NCBI GenBank assembly: GCA_031981225.1
Contig: DALYUO010000002.1
Span: forward strand, 23,670 to 62,437
Direction: 5' to 3'
From: Pararcticibacter sp.
Lineage (GTDB): Bacteria > Bacteroidota > Bacteroidia > Sphingobacteriales > Sphingobacteriaceae
Length of the DNA: 38,768 nt
Shown: in pieces, positions 19,669 through 27,902 of the stretch
How positions within the stretch are numbered: the stretch's first letter is position 1
How the letters are laid out: the number at the start of each line of letters is the position of its first letter
The notes under the pieces: model-generated
The model's database searches: none
Seen by the model: the letters and a program-made list of their open reading frames with translations, nothing else
What the model was told of the DNA's origin: nothing
Program-made: the position numbers and the translations under genes

Positions 19669-20892
19669 TGCCTCTAACACGGGCTCAATATTTAAAAAGC
19701 CCTCATGTATCATCCTGATTGCCTCGCTATCTTTAAGCTGTTTAGCCTTGTTCCACTCATTGGCCTTGAAGTAAACAGCTTTTAAAACCTCGACCTTGCG
19801 TTGCAAATCAGCTTCTGTAGAGTTTAACCATCTCTGAAATGGGTCTGTTTCTTTCTCAAAGGCCGTAATTTTGCTTAAACGCTCCTGCGGGTATAAACTA
19901 TCAAACAAATGCCTTAAGTCTTTTATAAGCGTTAATTTTAGTTTATGATCTACCTGCATTCTCTGCACGATCTCGGGATGCATATTCGAGGTAAAATCAA
20001 ATCTAACCAAATAGTCTTCGGCATATTTATTATTTTCAATACTACCGCTCACAAATTTGTATTCAAAAGAGAAGTGCAGCAGCTTCTTATCGCTGTTAAT
20101 GTTTCTATGAATTGACTTTAAAATATTGCTAACAGCCTCCTTTTTATGTTTTGGCTCTTTTTCAACTGGATTGCCTTTTTTATCAGGCTCTTTCATATAC
20201 CGAACGCCCGCAAGGTCTGCCAAATGATCTACCGAATATAAAGGAATGTCAACCTTTCCCTGTTGGGACGAATAGATGTGAAATATTTTATTCAGCCATA
20301 TATATATTTTCTTCCTGGAATGCCCCCCCTTGCCTTTGCCGATGGCCGGAAGTCTGGTAGTATCAAGGGTATAGTACCTTTTTACAAATCCTTCGATAAT
20401 AACATCTGAAAGGCGTACTTCATAGACCTTTTTAGTTCCCAGTACCGAACCGCTCTGTAGATAAATATCTTTAAGGATAGGGAAGTTTTCAAGCTTGATG
20501 ATCTTGCCATCTTCTCTATAATCATGCACTTTGGAAAATAGGATATTGGTTCTTAGCATTCGGTAAAGCGTATAGTCAAGTACACTTTCAAATTTATGCC
20601 CTTCATAAACCGGGGCCTTAACACGGCCACTGGCTATATCGGGATGAATAGCGCAAAGGTTAGGTGCGCTGATACCCGTAAATTCGCTATATTCTTTAAT
20701 GGTGAACTTCGTATAGCCAAAAAGGTTGTTATTGAGCTTCTTGCTCATGAAAATGATGAAATCCAAAACGTTTTGCGCATCACCCTCAAAGCTATTATCA
20801 ATATCCATCAGGTTGTCGGCAACGCTTCGATCAACCCTTGACAGGCTGTAACTTAATTCTTTTGCTTTATCTGTTTGTACGTTATTTTCCAT
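19663..20892 (-). CDS. Putative plasmid replication initiator protein
   Basis: About 410-aa ORF abutting the iteron array, with an inverted iteron upstream. Layout suggests a winged-helix Rep, but the family is not recognised with certainty. Start placed at ATG 20892 (20898 is an alternative), downstream of the -7 box at 20918-20925. Confidence 0.7.
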   Translation of the reverse strand: MENNVQTDKAKELSYSLSRVDRSVADNLMDIDNSFEGDAQNVLDFIIFMSKKLNNNLFGYTKFTIKEYSEFTGISAPNLCAIHPDIASGRVKAPVYEGHKFESVLDYTLYRMLRTNILFSKVHDYREDGKIIKLENFPILKDIYLQSGSVLGTKKVYEVRLSDVIIEGFVKRYYTLDTTRLPAIGKGKGGHSRKKIYIWLNKIFHIYSSQQGKVDIPLYSVDHLADLAGVRYMKEPDKKGNPVEKEPKHKKEAVSNILKSIHRNINSDKKLLHFSFEYKFVSGSIENNKYAEDYLVRFDFTSNMHPEIVQRMQVDHKLKLTLIKDLRHLFDSLYPQERLSKITAFEKETDPFQRWLNSTEADLQRKVEVLKAVYFKANEWNKAKQLKDSEAIRMIHEGFLNIEPVLEAL

Positions 20893-20906
20893 GAACATAA
20901 ATTTTG

Positions 20907-20938
20907 ATATCAATATACAAAGATATCAATATATCTTA
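20907..20938 (-). promoter_or_regulatory. rep promoter -7 box overlapped by four 8-bp repeats
   Basis: ATATCAAT ATACAAAG ATATCAAT ATATCTTA; TATCTTTG on the minus strand at 20918-20925. Confidence 0.65.
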
Positions 20939-21056
20939 AATAATAGAACTTTTAGGGTGTAAAGTGCATATGTAAAAATAAGCATTTTTTCTTTTGCTGT
21001 TTATTTACCAAAAGGTCGATAGGGTAGGGCGGGGAACGACAAGTAACCAAATTGCA

Positions 21057-21072
21057 TTATAGTATTTCGACC
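21057..21072 (-). repeat. Lone inverted iteron upstream of rep
   Basis: TTATAGTATTTCGACC, the exact reverse complement of the consensus iteron. Confidence 0.8.
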
Positions 21073-21089
21073 GAAGGTAATACGGCCAT

Positions 21090-21112
21090 AAAAAAAGCCC
21101 CAAAAGGGGCTT
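21090..21112 (-). terminator. Intrinsic terminator
   Basis: Minus strand AAGCCCC-TTTT-GGGGCTT followed by a T-run, just after the 21118 stop. Confidence 0.8.
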
Positions 21113-21117
21113 AGTAT

Positions 21118-21495
21118 TTAGTGTTCATTCGGTAAATGAATTACCTCGTTTTCTAACCAAAGATGTACTTCATTTGCTTTAAAATCGGAAAACTGAATAT
21201 CTATTTCTTTAATGACGTTTTTGTTTCCATCCTCTACGGAAAGTTTAAAGCTGTTGTTGCGCACTCGCTTTAATATCCAAACCTGAAACTCCTGGGTATC
21301 CCGAATATCCCTTGAATGGATACTAATTAAATCAAGCAACCAATAACATTCATAAGTATCAGCAAGGTATTTTACCTCTTCTGTAACATGTACCCCAAAA
21401 GTGTATTTGTAAATGCTTTCTGAACCGCCCGCAAACTGATTAAATTCGTAAGTGCTGTTTAACCTAAATTCTTCCATTTTATTGAATTTTATCAT
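21118..21495 (-). CDS. DUF6876-like protein
   Basis: G-S-E...TEEVKYLAD...CYWLLDLI...FQVW...EDGN...I-FSDF...LP-EH pattern typical of this mobile-element family. Confidence 0.75.
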   Translation of the reverse strand: MIKFNKMEEFRLNSTYEFNQFAGGSESIYKYTFGVHVTEEVKYLADTYECYWLLDLISIHSRDIRDTQEFQVWILKRVRNNSFKLSVEDGNKNVIKEIDIQFSDFKANEVHLWLENEVIHLPNEH

Positions 21496-21504
21496 AAACC
21501 TGAA

Positions 21505-21676
21505 TTAGTTTATATGCGGCATTCCGGTTCTAAAACCGAATTAGTGCAAAAAATTTGGAAAGAAAATGCGGTGGGGTTCCCCCAGGGATACCCATTTTGT
21601 TTTTAAATTATTTGGTGTGATGGTGAGGGGGCAGCCCACGCTTCGGGATTAGGGCCGACCTTTGTATCTAAACTAA
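21505..21676 (+). promoter_or_regulatory. Long imperfect fold-back, candidate ssDNA promoter
   Basis: Outer arms 21505-21540 / 21642-21676; inner arms 21547-21568 / 21593-21614 (18/22 complementary); GACCTTTG at 21657-21664 in the right arm. Confidence 0.55.
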
Positions 21677-21734
21677 AATATGACTACTCCCAAATGATTC
21701 TTTAATCGGGAACACCCTCTATATATAGGGGAAT

Positions 21735-21829
21735 GCTATCAAAACGGAAAGAGCTGCCGGAACTGGCCACGAAATTTTACTATCAAAAAGTCACAGCTGG
21801 ACTTTCTCCAGGAATAACTTTTGCTATCA
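21735..21829. repeat. 44-bp-period RCTATCA array B1
   Basis: Boxes at 21735, 21779 and 21823. Confidence 0.85.
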
Positions 21830-21834
21830 ATGTA

Positions 21835-22152
21835 TTAGAAAAGTGAATACTGTGCTTCTGTATCAATAACAATGTATTGCTCTTTAATAAAGTGTTTAAT
21901 TGCATCCTCGGCAAATGTTTTAAAGCAGGTATAGCCATAAAGCGATTCAGGATGAAAAAAATGTGACTTGCCATTTTTCTTGCCCGTAACCTGATTGATG
22001 TAGCTAACCTGTAAATGGGATATACAAGGTAGGCCGTTATCCTTAAGCACATTAAATGGTTTAAACCTGAAATGTACATCTACTTTGGTGCTACCTATAT
22101 TTTTAGTGTAGCGGTTTTCTGTTAAAAATTCTTGATGGATGGTCGTTTCCAT
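21835..22152 (-). CDS. Hypothetical protein
   Basis: 105-aa ORF between array B1 and a fold-back element. Confidence 0.65.
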   Translation of the reverse strand: METTIHQEFLTENRYTKNIGSTKVDVHFRFKPFNVLKDNGLPCISHLQVSYINQVTGKKNGKSHFFHPESLYGYTCFKTFAEDAIKHFIKEQYIVIDTEAQYSLF

Positions 22153-22160
22153 GATAATAA

Positions 22161-22289
22161 GCTTTAAATTTTATTGCATGGGGGTAGACTGGAAGCATAA
22201 CCGTCAAGGGCGGTAAGGAACGAGCCGTTTATATACCTTTGATGGTTATAAAGCGATCGGTTTTACCTTTGCATACTAAAAATAAAGCG
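22161..22289 (+). promoter_or_regulatory. Long imperfect fold-back, candidate ssDNA promoter
   Basis: ATAACCGTCAAGG / CCTTTGATGGTTAT and GGTAGAC / GTTTTACC arms. The right arm carries TTTG (22238-22241) and TACCTTTG (22264-22271). Confidence 0.6.
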
Positions 22290-22326
22290 GCTCATTGATA
22301 ACGGCTTTATGAAGTTGACAGATAAT

Positions 22327-22421
22327 GCTATCATAAACAATAATCTGGTAGATCTTCAGGAAAACTTAATGCTATCAAACAGTCGAGCGGATCTCGCTGC
22401 CGGCACAAAAATATGCTATCA
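22327..22421. repeat. 44-bp-period RCTATCA array B2
   Basis: Boxes at 22327, 22371 and 22415. Confidence 0.85.
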
Positions 22422-22792
22422 TGCTTAAAACAATTAAACACGGGGATTTTCTTGCTTATCTTAAAATCAAAAGGGGCTTGGCCTAAGCCAAAACCCCAGG
22501 AGCTTTTTTGTCCCTTCGCTGGTATTACCCAGATCAAGTTCAATGGGTATATCTCAGGTTTCCTAAAAAACCACCCAAAAAAGCTTCACGTAATGTAGCG
22601 TAAAAACCATGCTAATTGTTTAATTAACAGTCCGGTAATTTTTACGGTTGAATGTTCATACCGCTTTCAAATCTTCAATGCGGTAGAGCGGCTTATTAAG
22701 CTAAGATTAAAAAGAACGAAACATTACATGCCGGTTAAATGTTATAGGGCTTTAAAAGAAATCAAATTTTAATCCCCTTTAAAATTTACGCT

Positions 22793-23183
22793 ATGGAATT
22801 CATCGGTATTGCATTCGCGCTTTTTTATGCTGTTACTTTAACAGCGGTCTTTAGTTTGATCTTTAAAATACGGGCCCCTGGAATGGGTTATGGATTTTTT
22901 TCTTCCTTCTTTTTTTATTGCCTTGGGCGCAGGAGAATGGGTGGCCCCGTCCGGGTCTATAGCATGGGGGTATTATTGGGCTCCGGGGCTGCTTGCGGCC
23001 ATTACATTCGCCCTGGTGATTGCCGCTGCTGCGCCCTCATCACCAGTAACTGCCAAAAGCGCCATGGCAAATAAAACACCCGTAGACCTGAAAAAAGATG
23101 AAGAAACTGCGGTAGCTGCTGTTTTAACCATCAGTATTTTCTTTTGGGTATTGGTAGCTATATTGGTTACAGCAGCGATTTAA
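22793..23183 (+). pseudogene. Membrane protein gene split by frameshifts (or sequencing errors)
   Basis: Hydrophobic N-terminus in ORF 22793, GPWNGLWIF in a second frame, and hydrophobic C-terminus in ORF 22890-23183. Confidence 0.55.
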
Positions 23184-23260
23184 GGCATCATTGCTCGTTG
23201 AGGGATCTATCCTTATTATTTATTAAATTGTTTTTATATACACTGCTTAAATCTAAAACT

Positions 23261-24013
23261 ATGTTATACAATGTAAAAAGTTTTGTTGGCTTCCATATTG
23301 GGGCTAGCGACGGCGAAATCGGAAAAGTGGAAGACTTTTATTTTGATGATGAAACCTGGACAATACGTTACCTGGTCGTAAAAACAGGGGGCTGGCTATC
23401 CGGCCGTAAAGTGCTTATTTCTCCGTCGGCAGTAAATCAACCTGATTGGAAAAATAAGATCTTCCCTGTTAATCTTACCCAGGAACAGGTAAAAAACAGT
23501 CCCGATATCGACACGGAAAAGCCCGTCTCCCGCCAGCAGGAGATCGAATTGTACAGTCATTATGCCTGGCCGTACTACGGAATTGGCGGGGTAGGTTTTT
23601 ACGGTGGTATGGGCATGACCGGTATGGCAGAAACCATGACACCACTGGAAGAAAGCATAGCTGCATCAAACCCTGATCAGCAAACAGGTGATCCGCACCT
23701 GCGCAGTACCAGTGAAGTTAAGGGCTACCAGATCCATGCTACCGATGGCGAAATCGGCGAGGTAGAGGACTTTGTTATGGATGACAATAGCTGGACGCTG
23801 CGCTTTATGGTTGTGGATACCGGAAACTGGTTTCCCGGAAAAAAAGTTTTAATATCACCCAAATGGATCACGGATATACAATGGTCAAATTCGGCTGTGT
23901 ATGTGGATCTTCCGGTAGATGCTGTAAAAAACAGCCCTGAATATGACCTCTCTAAACCAATACCGGAAGTTTACGAAACTGATCTTTATACCTATTATGG
24001 AAAAACTTTTTAA
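23261..24013 (+). CDS. Tandem PRC-barrel domain protein
   Basis: Two repeats of I-A-DGEIG-VEDF--DD--W--R--VV-TG-W--G-KVLISP; start at ATG 23261. Confidence 0.9.
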   Translation: MLYNVKSFVGFHIGASDGEIGKVEDFYFDDETWTIRYLVVKTGGWLSGRKVLISPSAVNQPDWKNKIFPVNLTQEQVKNSPDIDTEKPVSRQQEIELYSHYAWPYYGIGGVGFYGGMGMTGMAETMTPLEESIAASNPDQQTGDPHLRSTSEVKGYQIHATDGEIGEVEDFVMDDNSWTLRFMVVDTGNWFPGKKVLISPKWITDIQWSNSAVYVDLPVDAVKNSPEYDLSKPIPEVYETDLYTYYGKTF

Positions 24014-24292
24014 TTGCTCTCGCTTTCTATAACTTTTGGATCGGTCAGTTCGGTTGGCATTTGCATAGAAGCTTGCAGTACGCTTTCTTCTTCGCTCTGG
24101 TCTGCGGGGTATACAGGATATTAACGGCATATACCCCTTCTTTTTTTCATCAAAAGCTGAAACACTGCTCTTTGCCAGGCTGGTTATATTGGTTTCCACG
24201 ATATGTGCATCCTTATTGTCGGCCATCCATTCGTTTATTTCTGATTGCAGGGCTTTTATTGTGGGCGCAGCAAAGATCTGGATCTTATTCAT
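24010..24292 (-). pseudogene. Small hypothetical gene with apparent homopolymer frameshifts
   Basis: Adding one base to each of two runs (A7 and C4 on the minus strand) gives MNKIQIF...EGVYAVNILYTPADQSEEESVLQASMQMPTELTDPKVIESESN*, ending next to the PRC-barrel stop. Confidence 0.45.
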
Positions 24293-24328
24293 ACCGGAAA
24301 TATTCTGTTGTAAACTTATTAAAGAATT

Positions 24329-24357
24329 AAAAAAAAATGCAGGCCTGCCTGCATTTT
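24329..24357 (-). terminator. Intrinsic terminator after the Csp fragment
   Basis: AAAATGCAGG / CCTGCATTTT stem with a T-run on the minus strand. Confidence 0.65.
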
Positions 24358-24362
24358 AAAAC

Positions 24363-24470
24363 TTAAGTTGCCATTTTCCGGCATTCCTCTGCGCATTCGC
24401 TACAGGCTTTGGCACACTCCTGGCAATGTTCGGTCTGGTGCTGTCCGCATTCCATGCCGCATTTTTCGCA
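24363..24470 (-). pseudogene. 3' fragment of a four-helix-bundle copper storage protein (Csp3/DUF326-like)
   Basis: CEKCGMECGQHQTEHCQECAKACSECAEECRKMAT*; in-frame stop at 24495-24497 upstream with no intervening start. Confidence 0.75.
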
Positions 24471-24471
24471 T

Positions 24472-24550
24472 AGGTAGGTTTGAACAAAAAGAAGTTACAT
24501 TAGAGTATCCATCCGGAATAAAAATTTCGGTGGATGTTTCTTATCATTAA
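24472..24550 (+). mobile_element. Possible IS66 TnpA-like remnant
   Basis: EVTLEYPSGIKISVD resembles the C-terminus of IS66 TnpA accessory proteins and abuts the truncation point of the Csp gene. The match is short. Confidence 0.35.
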
Positions 24551-24648
24551 TAGCGAAGCTTTTAATGCTTCAATGAAGGTGAATATTTTTTAAATCTATT
24601 TAGGGTAACTCCCCAGTCGTTACGATAAAGATTTCTTTTATTTAAGGT

Positions 24649-24841
24649 GCTATCAAAAAATGCCCTGATCAGGCGCTCGGCCAATAAATAATACTATCAT
24701 AAAAGGTGTTCCGGATTTTCTCGAGCAAAGTAATTTGCTATCATAATCCAAAGCTGCACCTGGCGGCCATTGAAAAAAATGCTATCAGTATTTACGGTGG
24801 CCTGTCCTGATCTGCGGATGCCCCGGCACTACTATGATAGC
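24649..24841. repeat. 44-bp-period RCTATCA array C with an inverted terminal unit
   Basis: Boxes at 24649, 24693, 24737 and 24781; inverted TGATAGC at 24835. Confidence 0.9.
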
Positions 24842-24855
24842 AAAGATGTAAAACG

Positions 24856-24883
24856 AAAAAAGGCGTTGGCTTCGGCCAACGCC
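24856..24883 (-). terminator. Intrinsic terminator of the upstream minus-strand operon
   Basis: GGCGTTGGC-N4-GCCAACGCC perfect 9-bp stem followed by T6 on the minus strand. Confidence 0.88.
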
Positions 24884-24924
24884 CATGATCTAATTAAAAA
24901 ACGGAACGGCTAAAAGAAAAAAGA

Positions 24925-25425
24925 TTAGTAAGCTGAAATATCTAAATTTTGTGAAACGGGTTCTGTTACCTGCCCAACTGGTAAAGCTTTGTAATTATAG
25001 GTTTCAATCAGCTTATTTTCTGCATATACTTTTATTGAGGCAGAAATAGGTGTTTGGGCGGCATCATCGGTGTTCTTGGTTTGTGTGGCCGACAACAAAA
25101 ACCCCAACCTGTTAACCGCTTCTTTGCTTTCTACAACAAACTTACTACTGGTCAAATCAGCTATATAATTATACGCATTGCCTTGTGATATAACCTGTGT
25201 CCATTGTGTGTTTGTCGGGATGTTGATCATTGGCTCAACAAATGTGCCCTTTCCCTTGGTCAATGAGTTAATGGTAAATAGTAACTGGTAATTTTGATAG
25301 CTGCCGGAAAACTCAACTTCAACCCTTACTTTCTTTTCTGACTTAGTTTGTATATCCGGGTCATTGTCTTTACTGCATGAAACAAACATCAGTGCTAACA
25401 TACAAAGGCTTAATAACTTTTTCAT
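24925..25425 (-). CDS. Lipoprotein (beta-rich)
   Basis: Internal ATG 25425, MKKLLSLCMLALMFVSC lipobox. Confidence 0.8.
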   Translation of the reverse strand: MKKLLSLCMLALMFVSCSKDNDPDIQTKSEKKVRVEVEFSGSYQNYQLLFTINSLTKGKGTFVEPMINIPTNTQWTQVISQGNAYNYIADLTSSKFVVESKEAVNRLGFLLSATQTKNTDDAAQTPISASIKVYAENKLIETYNYKALPVGQVTEPVSQNLDISAY

Positions 25426-25444
25426 AGGTGGTAATTTTAAATTT

Positions 25445-25917
25445 CTAATTGATTTCAATGATTTTACTTTTTGCTCGCGCACGCTGTACCAAATCCCTAT
25501 CGTGTCATTCAGGTTTGACTGAGGGATGCCATTTAAGGCAATTACAACGTCTTGTTTATCGGTTGTAAATAGGGTCAAGGTCATAATTTTCAACATCCTC
25601 ACAACAAGGTTTTGCTTTATGACGTAATCTTTTACCCTATATAATTCAAGTGTTATAAGTGTATAGCTGAATATTCCAGTCCTTATTTTTAAGGTTTCTG
25701 CTGTAAGAATATAAAGCGTTAAGCGGATATAAAAGAACCGATAAAATGCAATAGCCAATACTACAATTGCGGGTAAACAAAGTATGTTCAACCAAAAAGC
25801 CCCGACCAATAATGCTACCGCTATAAATAACAATCCAAAGACTGATAAAAAGCAGTAGGAAATGGTGGGGCTTAATTGTAAGTATCGTTCCTGATTTGGG
25901 ATGCCGATACTGTTCAT
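25445..25917 (-). CDS. Bacterial PH-domain (bPH_2) membrane protein with an apparent 1-nt frameshift near 25498
   Basis: Two TM helices, then Y-LT---L-IRTGIF...LELYRVKD. The natural C-terminus RDLVQRARAKSKIIEIN* lies in a shifted frame. Confidence 0.75.
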
Positions 25918-25918
25918 A

Positions 25919-27583
25919 TTATCGGCTTCGTTGGTAGCCTTTATCTTCCTGGTTCTGACCCTTTATTTCTTGTTGCTTTTCATACACAAGCTTAAGGTCT
26001 TTATCGTAAAGGCTAAGATTTTTGAACTGGGGGCTTGCTGCTACAAAAGCTTTTTCTTCTGTACCGTTCTTCTCGAGGGTTACAGATTGAAGGTTACCCC
26101 TTTTCAAAGAGGACATTAACCGTTCCCGATGGTCGGGGTCGTTAAGTTCTTTTATTGGATGGGCGGTAACAGCTTTATCCAGGTCAAAGCCATAGTTTTT
26201 AAAGAACGTTTTAAAAGGGAAATCGCCCTGATCGTTTTTCTTTTCAAAATCAAGCTTCATCCAAACTTCTTCTTTTCTTTTTGTTGGGGGCAAGTCTATT
26301 TCCTTGCCCTTTTCATCAAATCTGGCAACAGGTATTCCTTTTTCAGTAAGTGTTAAGCTGGCGGTATTCTTATCTTTAGTAAGTTCCTTCACCATTTGCC
26401 TTACCCCCGCCATATCCTTAACATCATAAGGGATATCGTCGTTGCTCTTATCGTTTTTATGGATGAAAGAGTGTACCAGGGCGAGATTTTCCCTTGCTAC
26501 AGATTTGTCGGTTATGTCTTTACCTTTAGCATCAAACCGTTTAATTACTGCGTCTTGGTGCCATATTTCATAATCAACATTTTTATTTGCCTTGACCAAT
26601 TCTTGAACTTTAGCCCTTGCTTCCGGCATTGTTGAAACTTTCGCTTCTGCGGGGGTCAAAAAGCCTGCACGAATTTCGAATTTACTTGTAATCTCCGCAT
26701 TTTTTTGAATAGAACGGCCTGAAAGAAGGTTATAAGCTTCTTTGGCTGTTATGTCGTTCCCCTTGTTTAAGGTAAACACACGGCTTACAGGCTCTTGTAC
26801 CGTGCCGTTGGCATTGCCTTTTTCAAGGGTTGCCTGATAGTCGTTTAAAAAATAGTTGTCGGTAGTTTTGCTTTTACTAAACCGCAATTCATAATTTACC
26901 ATATCCTTTGCGTTCGGCGTAGCAAATGCAGCCGAAGCACCCAGGGTAAATTTATCCGAACCCTCTTTTAACCGAACTTCTAATGCAGAATTGAGATTTT
27001 CCCCGAAGCCAAGATATTTAAGGCTTTTTTTAAGGTATTCAAAATTCTGTTCATTAAGTTGAGTTTTCTTCATATCAAAAGTTACATCCTCAAAATTAAC
27101 AAATCTCTTGTCCTTATCTGTTGGTTCTTCTGTAAAATGTCTCATAATATACCCTTTATCATCGACAAAGTAGTACACATCCCTCTGATCTACAACGAGT
27201 GCATCTAAAAGAAGATCGTACTTGTCTTTTACCGACAACTGGTGACCGTCGATCACATCGGGAATTGAAGTCAACTGCTCTGGTGTAAGTTTTGGTTTTT
27301 CAAGGGAAACTGTTGTGTCCTTGCTTCCTTTAAATGGTGCTTCGAAAAGCTCTTTCTGTTCTGCATTCGGGGGAATGACCTGAACGGGGTTTGGGAGAAT
27401 TTCCATTTTTTTATAATTTAAGTTTTGATTATTCGAGATTCCTATGTTTTCGGGCTTGATTTTAGCATCGTTCTTATCCGTTTTTGAATTTTGCTTTTGT
27501 TCAAAAAAATCTATTAATTCATCGGTAAAATCTGTTTCCCCAAAATCTGTTAAGGGGTTAATGTCTCCTTGGTTTCTGTCCAT
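25919..27583 (-). CDS. Conserved Bacteroidota conjugative-element protein (DUF3945-related)
   Basis: LKYLGFGE, TAKEAYNLLSGRS, YGFDL and SLKRGN motifs; C-terminus ends RSR. Confidence 0.65.
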   Translation of the reverse strand: MDRNQGDINPLTDFGETDFTDELIDFFEQKQNSKTDKNDAKIKPENIGISNNQNLNYKKMEILPNPVQVIPPNAEQKELFEAPFKGSKDTTVSLEKPKLTPEQLTSIPDVIDGHQLSVKDKYDLLLDALVVDQRDVYYFVDDKGYIMRHFTEEPTDKDKRFVNFEDVTFDMKKTQLNEQNFEYLKKSLKYLGFGENLNSALEVRLKEGSDKFTLGASAAFATPNAKDMVNYELRFSKSKTTDNYFLNDYQATLEKGNANGTVQEPVSRVFTLNKGNDITAKEAYNLLSGRSIQKNAEITSKFEIRAGFLTPAEAKVSTMPEARAKVQELVKANKNVDYEIWHQDAVIKRFDAKGKDITDKSVARENLALVHSFIHKNDKSNDDIPYDVKDMAGVRQMVKELTKDKNTASLTLTEKGIPVARFDEKGKEIDLPPTKRKEEVWMKLDFEKKNDQGDFPFKTFFKNYGFDLDKAVTAHPIKELNDPDHRERLMSSLKRGNLQSVTLEKNGTEEKAFVAASPQFKNLSLYDKDLKLVYEKQQEIKGQNQEDKGYQRSR

Positions 27584-27902
27584 TACGTTTTGATTTTAAA
27601 GTGGGTTAGTAAATAATATCTATTAAATGAGCATCAGGGGTAGAAGTGGTTATCCTTTTTGACTGGGTTAACTCATGTTAAGGGAATTTCGAATGCAGCA
27701 AACACCCGGTGAAGGTTTACCGTAACGTGGTTTTTGTGAAATGGAGAAGTTGCCTTATTATGAGGTGCGTTTGTAATTTGTGTAAACGTGGCTGACCAAA
27801 GGGAAAAAACGGTTACTTAAATTACAAAATAGGGGGTGGGTCAAAAAGATATGAACGGATGACCCGTGCAAGCCTCGAGCGTAGGAATGCCCAAATCTTT
27901 TT

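Noticed and set aside
24649..24841. CTATCA/TGATAG matches the tetO half-site
   Set aside because: The boxes are direct repeats 44 bp apart rather than a 1-bp-spaced palindrome, and no TetR gene is present; likely coincidental.
24925..25917. 330-aa PH-domain/lipoprotein fusion in the ORF track
   Set aside because: The internal lipoprotein signal peptide and an out-of-frame natural PH C-terminus show two genes joined by a frameshift.
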